From a bacterium (GTDB lineage: Bacteria > Verrucomicrobiota > Verrucomicrobiia > Limisphaerales > J093): DNA of 64,000 bases. A model generated the notes under the pieces. That model searched no databases, was not told the origin of the DNA, and was given only the letters and a program-made list of their open reading frames with translations. Position numbers and translations under genes: made by a program. Shown in pieces: positions 8,632-17,037 of this stretch. Every line of letters begins with the position of its first letter. The first letter of the stretch is position 1. The stretch is taken from positions 5,782 to 69,781 of the forward strand of contig JAKANS010000003.1 in NCBI GenBank assembly GCA_021823625.1. Direction: 5' to 3'.

Positions 8632-10155
8632 TCAGGAGCCGCTTGGGCCAGCCGTGTCGGGGTCGCCTTCCGTGGACGGGAACAGCCGCTGCGGCGTGGC
8701 GCCCAGAGCGCCGGGCTCGGCCAATCCGCCTGGGCCGACCGACCAAAACTGCCAGCCATTGCCGAGGCGACGGTACTTGAACGGCGCGTCGCTGAACGGA
8801 TCGGCTGGCAGCGCCGGCAGCACGTCCGGAACCACTTGCTCGAGTCGCTCCGGCCACACGCCGTGCAGGTCCCTGAAGACCCGCAAGGCCAGCGCGAGTC
8901 GGCAGGACTCGATCTGGACACGCCACCATCGCCAGCTCTCGATCGTGAATTGCGGCGGCGGCAACGCCTCAGCCGCGCGCCAGACTGCGGGCCGGTCGAA
9001 GGCACGCCGCCACCAACTCCGTCGCTGATTGTAGCCGGGCATCCATGACGCTGAGCCCGGCGATGGCAACGCACCGGCCCGCAACGCCGCCAGTGCCTGG
9101 CTCAAACCCGCTTCCTGGATGCGATCGAAGTCCGCCGGGCGGGCCAGTGCCACTTGTGCGCCGAAACAGACCTCTTGGATCGGCCGGAGCAAATACAACG
9201 CCGCGTGGTAATTCGGTGAATCGACCGCGCGCCGGCCCAGCACCCCTGCGAGGAGGTCGGTAATCAGGTGAAAGAAATCCTGGCGCATCAGCAGACCCGC
9301 CGTCCGCAAGGCACGAGTGGCTCGGTGCCAGTCCGTACTACTAGCGGCCGACATCGCTGGTCGCTCGCGGGCTGCCAAGCGAGCGTATGAGGCTTCAGGC
9401 GACGCGGCCCCAAGCGCGATTTCCTCCAAGTCATGCAGGCAAGCCTCGGCTTCGGCGCGCGCCAGCGAGGGACCGCTGAGGACCAACCGCCGGAAAGGCC
9501 GGGCGAGTTCCACGTTTACCTCCTCGCCACCGCGCTCGTCGAAAAGCTCGGGGAATTCGTCTGGCGGCGCGACGGCGGCCAGGAATCTCCAGGCTGCGAC
9601 GAACGCCCGAACCGCGCTGGCTGTGTCGCCTGCCTTCTCTGCTCCAGTCGCCTGCCAAAGTGTGGAGTACAGAAGGAGTTTGAAAGCCACCACGTCGTCG
9701 CGGGTAAGCGGTCGCGGCGGCCGGCGGTCCGGAGCCGCAAGCGCGGCGTCAAAACACCCGGCGATCTCCGGACGCGTCGTTGCCCAAGCCGCCAGGTCGC
9801 TCTGGGGCGACACGTAAGCCAGCCTCCGCGCTTGGGGCGGAATGGTGGCAACGCGGCCTTTGCCGGGCGCCGGCGGGCGGGCACGGGGGACTGGAGACGG
9901 CGCCGGTCGAAGATCGCCGCGCAGCGCGTTCGTACGCGCGAGTTCTTGGACCCAATACCAGAAGTTCGATTCCGGGCGATCGGCGGCGAGGAACAAGGTC
10001 TCCTCAGGTTGAATGATACCTGGCAGTGCTTCCGGCAACCGGCTGAACCCAAATCGCCAGCCGTACAGGGTGAATGCGGCCAACAAGGCCGCCGCCGCCG
10101 CCAGCCGGCGAAGCCATCGCCGCCACTTCTGCTTACGCGTGGACACCGCCCACAA
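8632..10155 (-). CDS. Hypothetical membrane-anchored protein
   Basis: ORF track 507 aa with TTG start (start uncertain). N-terminal basic stretch plus hydrophobic anchor (RRLAAAAALLAAFTLYGW). The C-terminal PADPFSDAPFKYRRLGNGWQFWSVGPGG resembles the tail of pseudopilin-like PVC proteins. No catalytic motif recognised. Confidence 0.5.
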   Translation of the reverse strand: MWAVSTRKQKWRRWLRRLAAAAALLAAFTLYGWRFGFSRLPEALPGIIQPEETLFLAADRPESNFWYWVQELARTNALRGDLRPAPSPVPRARPPAPGKGRVATIPPQARRLAYVSPQSDLAAWATTRPEIAGCFDAALAAPDRRPPRPLTRDDVVAFKLLLYSTLWQATGAEKAGDTASAVRAFVAAWRFLAAVAPPDEFPELFDERGGEEVNVELARPFRRLVLSGPSLARAEAEACLHDLEEIALGAASPEASYARLAARERPAMSAASSTDWHRATRALRTAGLLMRQDFFHLITDLLAGVLGRRAVDSPNYHAALYLLRPIQEVCFGAQVALARPADFDRIQEAGLSQALAALRAGALPSPGSASWMPGYNQRRSWWRRAFDRPAVWRAAEALPPPQFTIESWRWWRVQIESCRLALALRVFRDLHGVWPERLEQVVPDVLPALPADPFSDAPFKYRRLGNGWQFWSVGPGGLAEPGALGATPQRLFPSTEGDPDTAGPSGS

Positions 10156-10253
10156 AATGCCTGGGCACGTCCGAGAAATCGAGCGTTAGCGAAGGCCAAG
10201 ACTGCGAGTTCACGCAGCCCAAGCCCGGTTCTGAACTGGTAATCCCTGCGGAT

Positions 10254-12047
10254 TCAGTCCTTGGCGAAGCGTTCCACGAATTTCTCCGGCGTGAGGCCGG
10301 ATTCGTTGATCTGCTTGACCTTTGTCCACGGCAGGTCGGGTGCGCCTTGCGCGAGCTTGAGCCAATCGGCGGCAAAGGCTTTACGCGATTCGGGCAGCGG
10401 CCAGGTGGCGCCCGCGTCGGCGCATTCCTTCCGCAGTTTGTCCCAAAGCGTAAGCCAGACATAGCCCATCCACATCCGGCCCCGCTGCACGCGCGGCAGG
10501 ATTTCCGCATCTCCGGCCGCTGCGGCCTCGGCCTCGCGCCAGAGTTGCTCCGCCGCGGCGAGGGTCTTGAAGTTGTGAAAGGTCGTGTCGGTGCGTGAAA
10601 AGCAGGTGAGGTTCCAGCCCGCGGAGGCGCCGTGCATGAGTTCAAGGTAACGGCGAATCGCCGGCGCGGCCTTGCCGTAATAGCCGTCGAGGAACTCGTC
10701 GATCAGCGCGCGGTCATCCCGCTGCGGGTTCCAGAGCAGTTGGGCCAGCACCCAGGCGCGGAGTTCGCTGAACTCGGAGGCGTAGCTCTGATAGGCGCCT
10801 TGCTCAAAAAGGCCTTTCACATTGTGCGCCGCGAAGAAGCGCACGTTCGGCCCGAGCACGAACCAGTTGGGATGCGGCTGCACGTAATGCGCGAAATCCG
10901 TCGTGTAATCCCAGATATAAAGCCGGTTACAGATCTTCGCCCAGCCGCGGATGTCGTCGGCGAACTTGGCGTTCGCCGGCGCGTCCAGCGGCTCGCGGAA
11001 GTTGCACTCGATCGAGCAGAGCCGGACGATGACGTTCGGGCGCGGCTTGATCGTCTTGGGCGGCTTGCGCGTGTACTGGTACGCCAGTGTGTCGATGGCG
11101 ACTTGCGGGAAGTCCGGCTCGATCTTCTCCGCCACGTAATTCACGAAATCGAGCATCGTGCCGGCGTGGCTGCCCTCGGCGTCGTCCAGCGCCTTGCACT
11201 TCTCACATTCGCACGCGCCGTACCAGTCGTTTTGCGAAACGGAAACGATCCGCGCCTCGGGCGATTCGCGCAGCCATTGCTTCACGCGTTCGACCACGAA
11301 GTCGCGCAACTCCGGGTTCGTCAGGCAAAGCTGGGCGTGGTCATGCGTGCGCTTGCCTTTGATGAGGCTGTACCACTCCGGATGCTTCGCGAAGTTGTCC
11401 TCGGGAGGCACGAGCGGGTAGAACGTGTGGACAAACCCCCGGTAGCGAATGCAGCCCCCCATCGCTTCCGGGATGTTCGCGGACTGGCTGTTCGAGAAGT
11501 TACGCACTGCCCAGGTCGCGTTGAAGGCGGGAAACCAGAAGGGATCGCGCGACTCGAACGTGGGCCGGCAACGCAGGTCAAGGTCGCCCAGTTCGAGGGT
11601 CGGGCGGTGAGGAATCTGACTGGCCCACGGCGTCCACCAGCGCACGCCGCACTGTTGTTGGAGGAACTGATAGACCGCGTACAGCGTCCCGCGCGGCCGT
11701 CCGCCGGCGAGCAACAGACGATTTCCTTTGCTCTTGATGACGACTTCCTCCTGGCCCAATTGGTCGAAAGGCACTTCCGGAAAGAGGTTCTTGGCCACCG
11801 GTCCCTGGCCGACGATGATCGCGGCTTCGGGCGAGGATTCGGCGGCATCTTGCACGACGAAGCCTGCGCCGGTGATGACCTTCAGCGTTTCAGCCAATTC
11901 CTTGACGGAGAGCTGCTCCGGTGGGGAAGCCCCCGCCTGGCGGAGAATGACGCACTTGGCCGTGCCGTCTTTGGCGAGTACGAGCGCGGCATTTGTCGGT
12001 GTAGCAGCCAGGCCAAGCAGACCGAGAAACAGACAGGCAATTCTCAT
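10254..12047 (-). CDS. DUF4838-domain glycoside-hydrolase-like protein, secreted
   Basis: ORF 10254-12161. The preferred start is the ATG at 12047, giving signal peptide MRIACLFLGLLGLAATPTNA. Features include GTLYAVYQFLQQQCGVRWW, CLTNPE and a CECEKC cluster typical of DUF4838 proteins. Confidence 0.8.
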   Translation of the reverse strand: MRIACLFLGLLGLAATPTNAALVLAKDGTAKCVILRQAGASPPEQLSVKELAETLKVITGAGFVVQDAAESSPEAAIIVGQGPVAKNLFPEVPFDQLGQEEVVIKSKGNRLLLAGGRPRGTLYAVYQFLQQQCGVRWWTPWASQIPHRPTLELGDLDLRCRPTFESRDPFWFPAFNATWAVRNFSNSQSANIPEAMGGCIRYRGFVHTFYPLVPPEDNFAKHPEWYSLIKGKRTHDHAQLCLTNPELRDFVVERVKQWLRESPEARIVSVSQNDWYGACECEKCKALDDAEGSHAGTMLDFVNYVAEKIEPDFPQVAIDTLAYQYTRKPPKTIKPRPNVIVRLCSIECNFREPLDAPANAKFADDIRGWAKICNRLYIWDYTTDFAHYVQPHPNWFVLGPNVRFFAAHNVKGLFEQGAYQSYASEFSELRAWVLAQLLWNPQRDDRALIDEFLDGYYGKAAPAIRRYLELMHGASAGWNLTCFSRTDTTFHNFKTLAAAEQLWREAEAAAAGDAEILPRVQRGRMWMGYVWLTLWDKLRKECADAGATWPLPESRKAFAADWLKLAQGAPDLPWTKVKQINESGLTPEKFVERFAKD

Positions 12048-12306
12048 AACTGGATTGTCGAAGCGTTTTGGGAACTCAGATGGCTGGAGCATGGCACGGT
12101 TCGTAACGGGCGGCAATCTCGCGCTCAACCGGTGACCCAGGTTGGTGATTGGCCGGTTCATTGGTTGTGAGCGGGCGCCTGGCCAGCGGGTGCGGCCTTC
12201 GGTTCACAGCCGGAGCGCGCTGACAAATGGCAACGGTGGAGCAATCTTAGACGTCCAGTTCTCGCATAATATGGATGTAAGTATGAACCGACCCTTTTAA
12301 GCTCGG

Positions 12307-12335
12307 TTGTCAATCTAGCCGAAGGCCGCTAGTTT
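12307..12335 (+). promoter_or_regulatory. Sigma70-like promoter of mnmG
   Basis: TTGTCA (12307-12312), 17-nt spacer, TAGTTT (12330-12335). The GTG start at 12342 lies 6 nt after the -10 element. Confidence 0.4.
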
Positions 12336-12341
12336 CATCAG

Positions 12342-14312
12342 GTGTTCGTCTATCCTAAACGGTATGAAGTGATCGTCGTTGGCGCGGGCCATGCCGGCGT
12401 CGAAGCTGCGTTGGCAGCGGCGCGAATGGGCTGCCAGACGCTGTTGTTGACGATGAACTTGGACACCATTGGGCAGATGTCGTGCAATCCAGCGATCGGC
12501 GGGTTGGCAAAAGGTCATCTGGCGCGAGAGATCGACGCGTTGGGTGGTGAGATGGGCAAGAACACGGACCTGACCGGAATCCAGTTCCGGATGTTGAACA
12601 CCAAAAAGGGTCCAGCGGTTTGGGCTCCACGTGCGCAATGCGACAAGAAGGCTTACCAGTTTCGGCTCAAGTGGGTCTGCGAACGACAGCCCGGCTTGGA
12701 CTGCAAACAGTCTCACACCGTGAAGATACTGTTCGCTGACGGAGAGGTCTATGGCGTTGAATCTGACTTGGGAGTCCAGTTCCACGGTAGCGCGGTGGTG
12801 TTGACGACCGGCACCTTCCTGCGCGGTTTGATGCACGTCGGCCAAGCGAAGCTGCCAGGCGGCAGAGCGGGCGAGTCAGCCGCGACAAATCTTAGCGGCT
12901 CGCTTCGGGAACTGGGTTTGGAACTGGGCCGGCTCAAGACAGGAACGCCGCCACGGCTGCTCCGCCGGTCCATCAATTTTGATCGGCTCGAAGTCCAACC
13001 AGGGGATGAACCGGTTCCTTTCTTCACTTTCTGGAAAGAAGATTTGTTCCACGTGGAACAATCGGAGCTTAAAGACCAGAAGTTGGCAGGCGACTATTGC
13101 TCGCCAACCAACTCCGTGGATTCCGTCCCGCGTGCTGGGAAGTCAGCCTATCCACCAGCTTCGGTGCTTGCCCGGGCTGGCGGCCAACTGCCGTGCTTTA
13201 TCACCTATACCACACAACGAACCGCCGAGATGATCCGCGCCAATCTTCACCGCTCCCCGTTGTACGCCGGTGACATCAAGGGTGTTGGTCCACGCTACTG
13301 CCCGTCGATTGAGGACAAGATCGTTCGTTTCGCCGACAAGGAGCGCCACCAGATCTTCCTGGAACCCGAGGGGCTTGCCACCGAAGAGTTTTACGTGAAC
13401 GGCTTTTCCACCAGTCTGCCATTCGACGTACAAGTCGAGTTGGTGAAGACCATAATTGGCTGCGAGCATGCGGAAATCATGCGCCCTGCCTACGCCGTTG
13501 AGTACGACTTCGTGCTACCGACCCAGCTTGCATCAACGTTGGAGGCGAAAGTTTGTCAGCACCTGTTCCTCGCCGGACAGATCAACGGGACTTCGGGTTA
13601 CGAAGAGGCTGGCGCCCAAGGGCTCCTCGCTGGGATCAACGCCGTACTCCGAGTACGTGACCGTCAACCGATCACACTCCGTCGCGACCAAGCCTACATC
13701 GGCGTGCTCGTCGATGACCTCGTGACCAAAGGCACGACCGAGCCTTACCGCATGTTCACGAGTCGCGCGGAATATCGCCTGTTACTCCGCCAAGACAACG
13801 CCGATGCCCGGCTCACGCCGCTAGGCCACGAACTCGGCCTCGTTTCGCGCCGGAACTTCGAGACTTACCAAGCCAAACAAAGCACCATCGCCGCCGAGAT
13901 CCGGCGTCTTCAGTCCACTCGTCACGGACAGCAAACACTGGCGCAGATTCTCAGACGACCGGAGGTGAGCTACGCGACCTTGCCCGGGTGCGATCCCAAG
14001 CTCAGCGACGAAGTGGCGCAGCAAGTCGAGATCACCATCAAGTACGCCGGCTATGCCGACCGTCAGGAGATTGAGATAGCCCGGTTCAAGGAAATGGAGT
14101 CCAAGTCGATTCCAGATTGGTTCGATTACGACCAAGTTGGCGGGCTGAGGACTGAATCCCGCCAGAAGCTCAAGTCGCTGCGACCCAAAACACTAGGACA
14201 AGCGAGCCGGATTTCCGGGGTTTCACCTGCGGACCTTAGTCTGGTGGCCGTTTGGATTCGGCGAGGATCGTCGCCTCAACCATCGCTTTCCGAGTGTGCC
14301 CACAAAGAATGA
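12342..14312 (+). CDS. mnmG: tRNA uridine-5-carboxymethylaminomethyl(34) synthesis enzyme MnmG (GidA)
   Basis: ORF track 656 aa. YEVIVVGAGHAGVEAALAAARMG FAD motif, SCNPAIGG, LKTGTPPR and GPRYCPSIEDK. It carries about 40 extra residues between PFF and PCFITYT compared with my recollection of E. coli MnmG. Confidence 0.96.
   Translation: MFVYPKRYEVIVVGAGHAGVEAALAAARMGCQTLLLTMNLDTIGQMSCNPAIGGLAKGHLAREIDALGGEMGKNTDLTGIQFRMLNTKKGPAVWAPRAQCDKKAYQFRLKWVCERQPGLDCKQSHTVKILFADGEVYGVESDLGVQFHGSAVVLTTGTFLRGLMHVGQAKLPGGRAGESAATNLSGSLRELGLELGRLKTGTPPRLLRRSINFDRLEVQPGDEPVPFFTFWKEDLFHVEQSELKDQKLAGDYCSPTNSVDSVPRAGKSAYPPASVLARAGGQLPCFITYTTQRTAEMIRANLHRSPLYAGDIKGVGPRYCPSIEDKIVRFADKERHQIFLEPEGLATEEFYVNGFSTSLPFDVQVELVKTIIGCEHAEIMRPAYAVEYDFVLPTQLASTLEAKVCQHLFLAGQINGTSGYEEAGAQGLLAGINAVLRVRDRQPITLRRDQAYIGVLVDDLVTKGTTEPYRMFTSRAEYRLLLRQDNADARLTPLGHELGLVSRRNFETYQAKQSTIAAEIRRLQSTRHGQQTLAQILRRPEVSYATLPGCDPKLSDEVAQQVEITIKYAGYADRQEIEIARFKEMESKSIPDWFDYDQVGGLRTESRQKLKSLRPKTLGQASRISGVSPADLSLVAVWIRRGSSPQPSLSECAHKE
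13045..13060. other. parS-like ParB-binding site (centromere-like)
   Basis: TGTTCCACGTGGAACA is a perfect palindrome (18 bp when the flanking T/A at 13044 and 13061 are included). It matches the recalled Bacillus-type parS TGTTCCACGTGAAACA at 15 of 16 positions. It lies inside the mnmG coding sequence. Confidence 0.6.
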
Positions 14313-14499
14313 TAGGCAGCGTTTTTCGGGGCCAGAGCAATCACTTGGCAAGGGCATCAGTCCAAATTGCAACCTGCTTACAAACAAGCATTTACAATTA
14401 CACTGGACCGGTTCAGGATCACGTTATCTGACCTTGTTCATCGATGACCCTGCGTTCCTGAGATCAGTTTGGCCGGAACCCGGGAAGACCCGGCGAAGA

Positions 14500-14852
14500 T
14501 GGTGGAGGCGAGGGGAGTCGAACCCCTGTCCCTGACAGAAACTCCAGCCGCGACTACATGCTTAGTCGGAAGTGGTTGTCAGCCACGGGAACGCCTTCCG
14601 ACGTGCTTCCCCGCTGCCTAGCCGGCATGTAAAAGTCTCGGGCTTTCGCGCGCCGACTCCGCGTCAACCCATGCCTGCTATGGCGTTCGTCCGGCGTAGC
14701 AGGTGTCCACCGGCGAACGTCGCGACACGTTAGGCCGCGAGAGCCAACTCTTCGTTAGCGGTTTTGTTTGATGCGATGATTAACGAGGCAAACGCATCGT
14801 CCTCGGCATGCCGCCTCTGGCGCATCTCCCAGGTCGAAACCAATGCGCCCCC
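14500..14852 (-). ncRNA. ssrA: tmRNA (SsrA), 353 nt, tag peptide ANEELALAA
   Basis: Minus-strand 5' end is GGGGGCGCAUUGGUUUCGAC...GCAUGCCGAGG... The 3' end is ...GGGGUUCGACUCCCCUCGCCUCCACCA (T-arm, acceptor stem with G3:U, and CCA). The tag reading frame GCU AAC GAA GAG UUG GCU CUC GCG GCC UAA maps to 14730-14759. Confidence 0.93.
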
Positions 14853-15010
14853 AACCAAGCGACGCCCTGAACATCACGATGTTTCCAGCGTCCGTCAAGT
14901 GCGCCGAACGCAGACAATACACGAACAGGGCCGGATGCATGTGCTGGGCCGATCGCTGCAAGAACAGGCGACCGGCACGACGGTTGCTGGCAAGGGCGGG
15001 GTAAAAGGAA

Positions 15011-15038
15011 TTGTCAGGCGGTTGCCGAGTGTTAGATT
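15011..15038 (+). promoter_or_regulatory. Sigma70-like promoter upstream of the small ORF and pyrR-pyrB
   Basis: TTGTCA (15011-15016), 16-nt spacer, TAGATT (15033-15038), about 60 nt upstream of the ATG at 15099. Confidence 0.4.
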
Positions 15039-15098
15039 CCACTCCCGAGCAGCGAAACTTGCGAAGGCGAGCCCGGCGATACGCGGGCCCCAATTCAA

Positions 15099-15317
15099 AT
15101 GGAAGATCTGTTGAAAAACACGACGCTCTACCAGGAGTTTCTCGCCGAGCGTGAAGAGATAATGAAACACAAGTGGATCGAGTCGGAGCGGGCCGGCTAC
15201 GATATCGGCTTCGAGCGTGCGCTGGCGGATTGGATTGTGAACCACCGGGCGGCCTGGCGCCGGTGGCGTCGCAATCTTCGCGCCCTCGAACCGATTCCCA
15301 GCCCGGCGCAAGGCTGA
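15099..15317 (+). CDS. Small conserved hypothetical protein (KHKWIESE..G.DIGFE..L.DW motif)
   Basis: ORF track 72 aa. Clean coding-like sequence MEDLLKNTTLYQEFLAEREEIMKHKWIESERAGYDIGFERALADWIVNH.. I recall this motif from small uncharacterised proteins but cannot name the family. Confidence 0.55.
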   Translation: MEDLLKNTTLYQEFLAEREEIMKHKWIESERAGYDIGFERALADWIVNHRAAWRRWRRNLRALEPIPSPAQG

Positions 15318-15391
15318 CCGGCCCACCCGCCAGCAAATCTTCGAGCCGCGGGAACCAGTCGCCCGCCGAATTTTCTCGTGGACTTCCTCTG

Positions 15392-15961
15392 ATGCCCCCC
15401 CAAACCCCCAGCCCGGCCGTGCTCTTGTCCGCCAGCGCGATCGAATCGGCGGTCGCCCGAATGTCACGCGCCATTGCCGACAGTCATCCGAATGGCGCCG
15501 ACGTGGTGCTGATCGGCATCCAGACCGGCGGTGTGCATCTGGCGCGGCAACTGGCCTCGCGGCTGGGAGCAGTTTGGAAGCACAACCTGCCGGTGGGGCA
15601 ACTGGACGTGGCGATGCACCGCGATGATCTCGACCAACGCCTCGCCCCGAAGGTCCACCCCACCGCGATTCCGTTCGACGTCACGGGCAAAGAGGTGATC
15701 CTTGTGGACGATGTGCTGTTCACCGGACGGACGACGCGTGCCGCGCTGGGGGCGCTGAACGACTTGGGCCGCCCCAAGCGCGTGCAACTCGCCGTGTTGA
15801 TCGACCGCGGCCATCGCGAGTTGCCGATCCAGGCCGACTTCATCGGCAGCAAACTGGCGACGGCCCCCGCGGATCGCGTGGATGTGCAATTGATCGACGG
15901 CGACGGCGCCAGCCAAGTCACCATCCAGCGCGCGCCGCTGAAACGTGGAGGCCGGTCGTGA
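15392..15961 (+). CDS. pyrR: Bifunctional pyrimidine operon regulator / uracil phosphoribosyltransferase PyrR
   Basis: Internal ATG at 15392 of ORF 15173-15961. VLIGIQTGGVHLA, the VILVDDVLFTGRTTRAAL PRPP motif and QLAVLIDRGHRELPI match PyrR. Confidence 0.88.
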   Translation: MPPQTPSPAVLLSASAIESAVARMSRAIADSHPNGADVVLIGIQTGGVHLARQLASRLGAVWKHNLPVGQLDVAMHRDDLDQRLAPKVHPTAIPFDVTGKEVILVDDVLFTGRTTRAALGALNDLGRPKRVQLAVLIDRGHRELPIQADFIGSKLATAPADRVDVQLIDGDGASQVTIQRAPLKRGGRS

Positions 15962-16899
15962 CGTGGCATCGCAAAGATTTGCTGGACCTCCAATCGCTGA
16001 GCGCGGAGGAAATCGTCACCGTTCTGGACACCGCCCGCGAGTTCAAGGCGGTCGGCGAACGACACATCAAGAAAGTCCCGGCTTTGCGGGGCAAAACGGT
16101 CGTCAATCTCTTCGTCGAACCGTCCACGCGCACCCGCATCAGCTTCGAGCTGGCGGCCCAGCGCCTCAGTGCCGACGTCATCAACTTCAGCGCGGAAGCC
16201 TCGTCCCTGCGCAAAGGCGAAACGCTCAAGGACACGGCCAAAAACCTCGAGGCGTTGAACGCGGATTTCATCGTCATCCGACACAGCGCCGCCGGCGCAC
16301 CCCACTTCCTGGCGCGGGTGCTCGGCTCGCACGTGGTGAACGCCGGAGACGGCGCCCACGAACATCCCACGCAAGGCCTCCTCGACATCTTCACCATGCG
16401 GGAAAAGAAAGGACGCGTGGAAGGCCTTCGCGTCACCATCCTGGGCGATATCCTGTACAGCCGGGTGGCGCGCTCGAACATCTGGGGACTTCAGAAACTC
16501 GGCGCCCAAGTCACGCTTTGCGGACCGCCGACGCTGGTGCCGCGCACGTTCGAGGCGATGGGCTGCCGGGTGGTGCATGATCTGAAGCAGGCCATTCGCG
16601 ACGCCGACGTGATCAACCTGCTGCGCATCCAGCACGAGCGTCAGCGCAAAAGCATGTTTCCTGGCCTGGGCGAGTACACGAACCTCTTCGGCATCACCCA
16701 GAGCCGGTTGGCAGACACGAAGCCTGACGCGTTGATTATGCATCCCGGCCCGATCAATCGCGGGGTCGAGGTGGATGGGGATGTTGCGGACGGGGAACGC
16801 TCGGTGATTCTGGAACAAGTCACCAACGGCCTGGCGATCCGCATGGCTGCGCTGTACTTGATCAACAGCAGCCGCGGCGACTCGGCGGCTCACAACTGA
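15958..16899 (+). CDS. pyrB: Aspartate carbamoyltransferase catalytic subunit
   Basis: ORF track 313 aa. The GTG start overlaps the pyrR stop (GTGA). STRTR, HPTQ and HPGP motifs are present. Confidence 0.95.
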   Translation: MTWHRKDLLDLQSLSAEEIVTVLDTAREFKAVGERHIKKVPALRGKTVVNLFVEPSTRTRISFELAAQRLSADVINFSAEASSLRKGETLKDTAKNLEALNADFIVIRHSAAGAPHFLARVLGSHVVNAGDGAHEHPTQGLLDIFTMREKKGRVEGLRVTILGDILYSRVARSNIWGLQKLGAQVTLCGPPTLVPRTFEAMGCRVVHDLKQAIRDADVINLLRIQHERQRKSMFPGLGEYTNLFGITQSRLADTKPDALIMHPGPINRGVEVDGDVADGERSVILEQVTNGLAIRMAALYLINSSRGDSAAHN

Positions 16900-16974
16900 A
16901 CTGCGACCCAGCGGCTGCGGTTCTTGCCTCTGGCCTAATTCGAGCGGCATAGCCGCGAGTCTCCAGCTTCGCGC

Positions 16975-17010
16975 AATAAACAAAACGGCGCCGGGGATAC
17001 ACCCGGCGCC
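16975..17010 (-). terminator. Intrinsic terminator of the Tat-signal oxidoreductase gene, located between convergent genes
   Basis: GGCGCCGGG-N6-CCCGGCGCC (9-bp stem, 16987-17010). On the minus strand it is followed by GTTTTGTTTATT (16975-16986). Confidence 0.65.
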
Positions 17011-17037
17011 TGTAGAAAACGGACGTCCGACCGGCGA

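Noticed and set aside
9505-9520. GAGTTCCACGTTTACC, resembling half of a parS site.
   Set aside because: Only the left half (GTTCCACG) matches. The right half breaks the palindrome, and the site lies inside a hypothetical CDS with no supporting context.
15039-15391. PyrR-binding attenuator loop upstream of pyrR-pyrB.
   Set aside because: No UCCAGAGAGG-like sequence or terminator/antiterminator pair is visible in the leader or the gap between the small ORF and pyrR.
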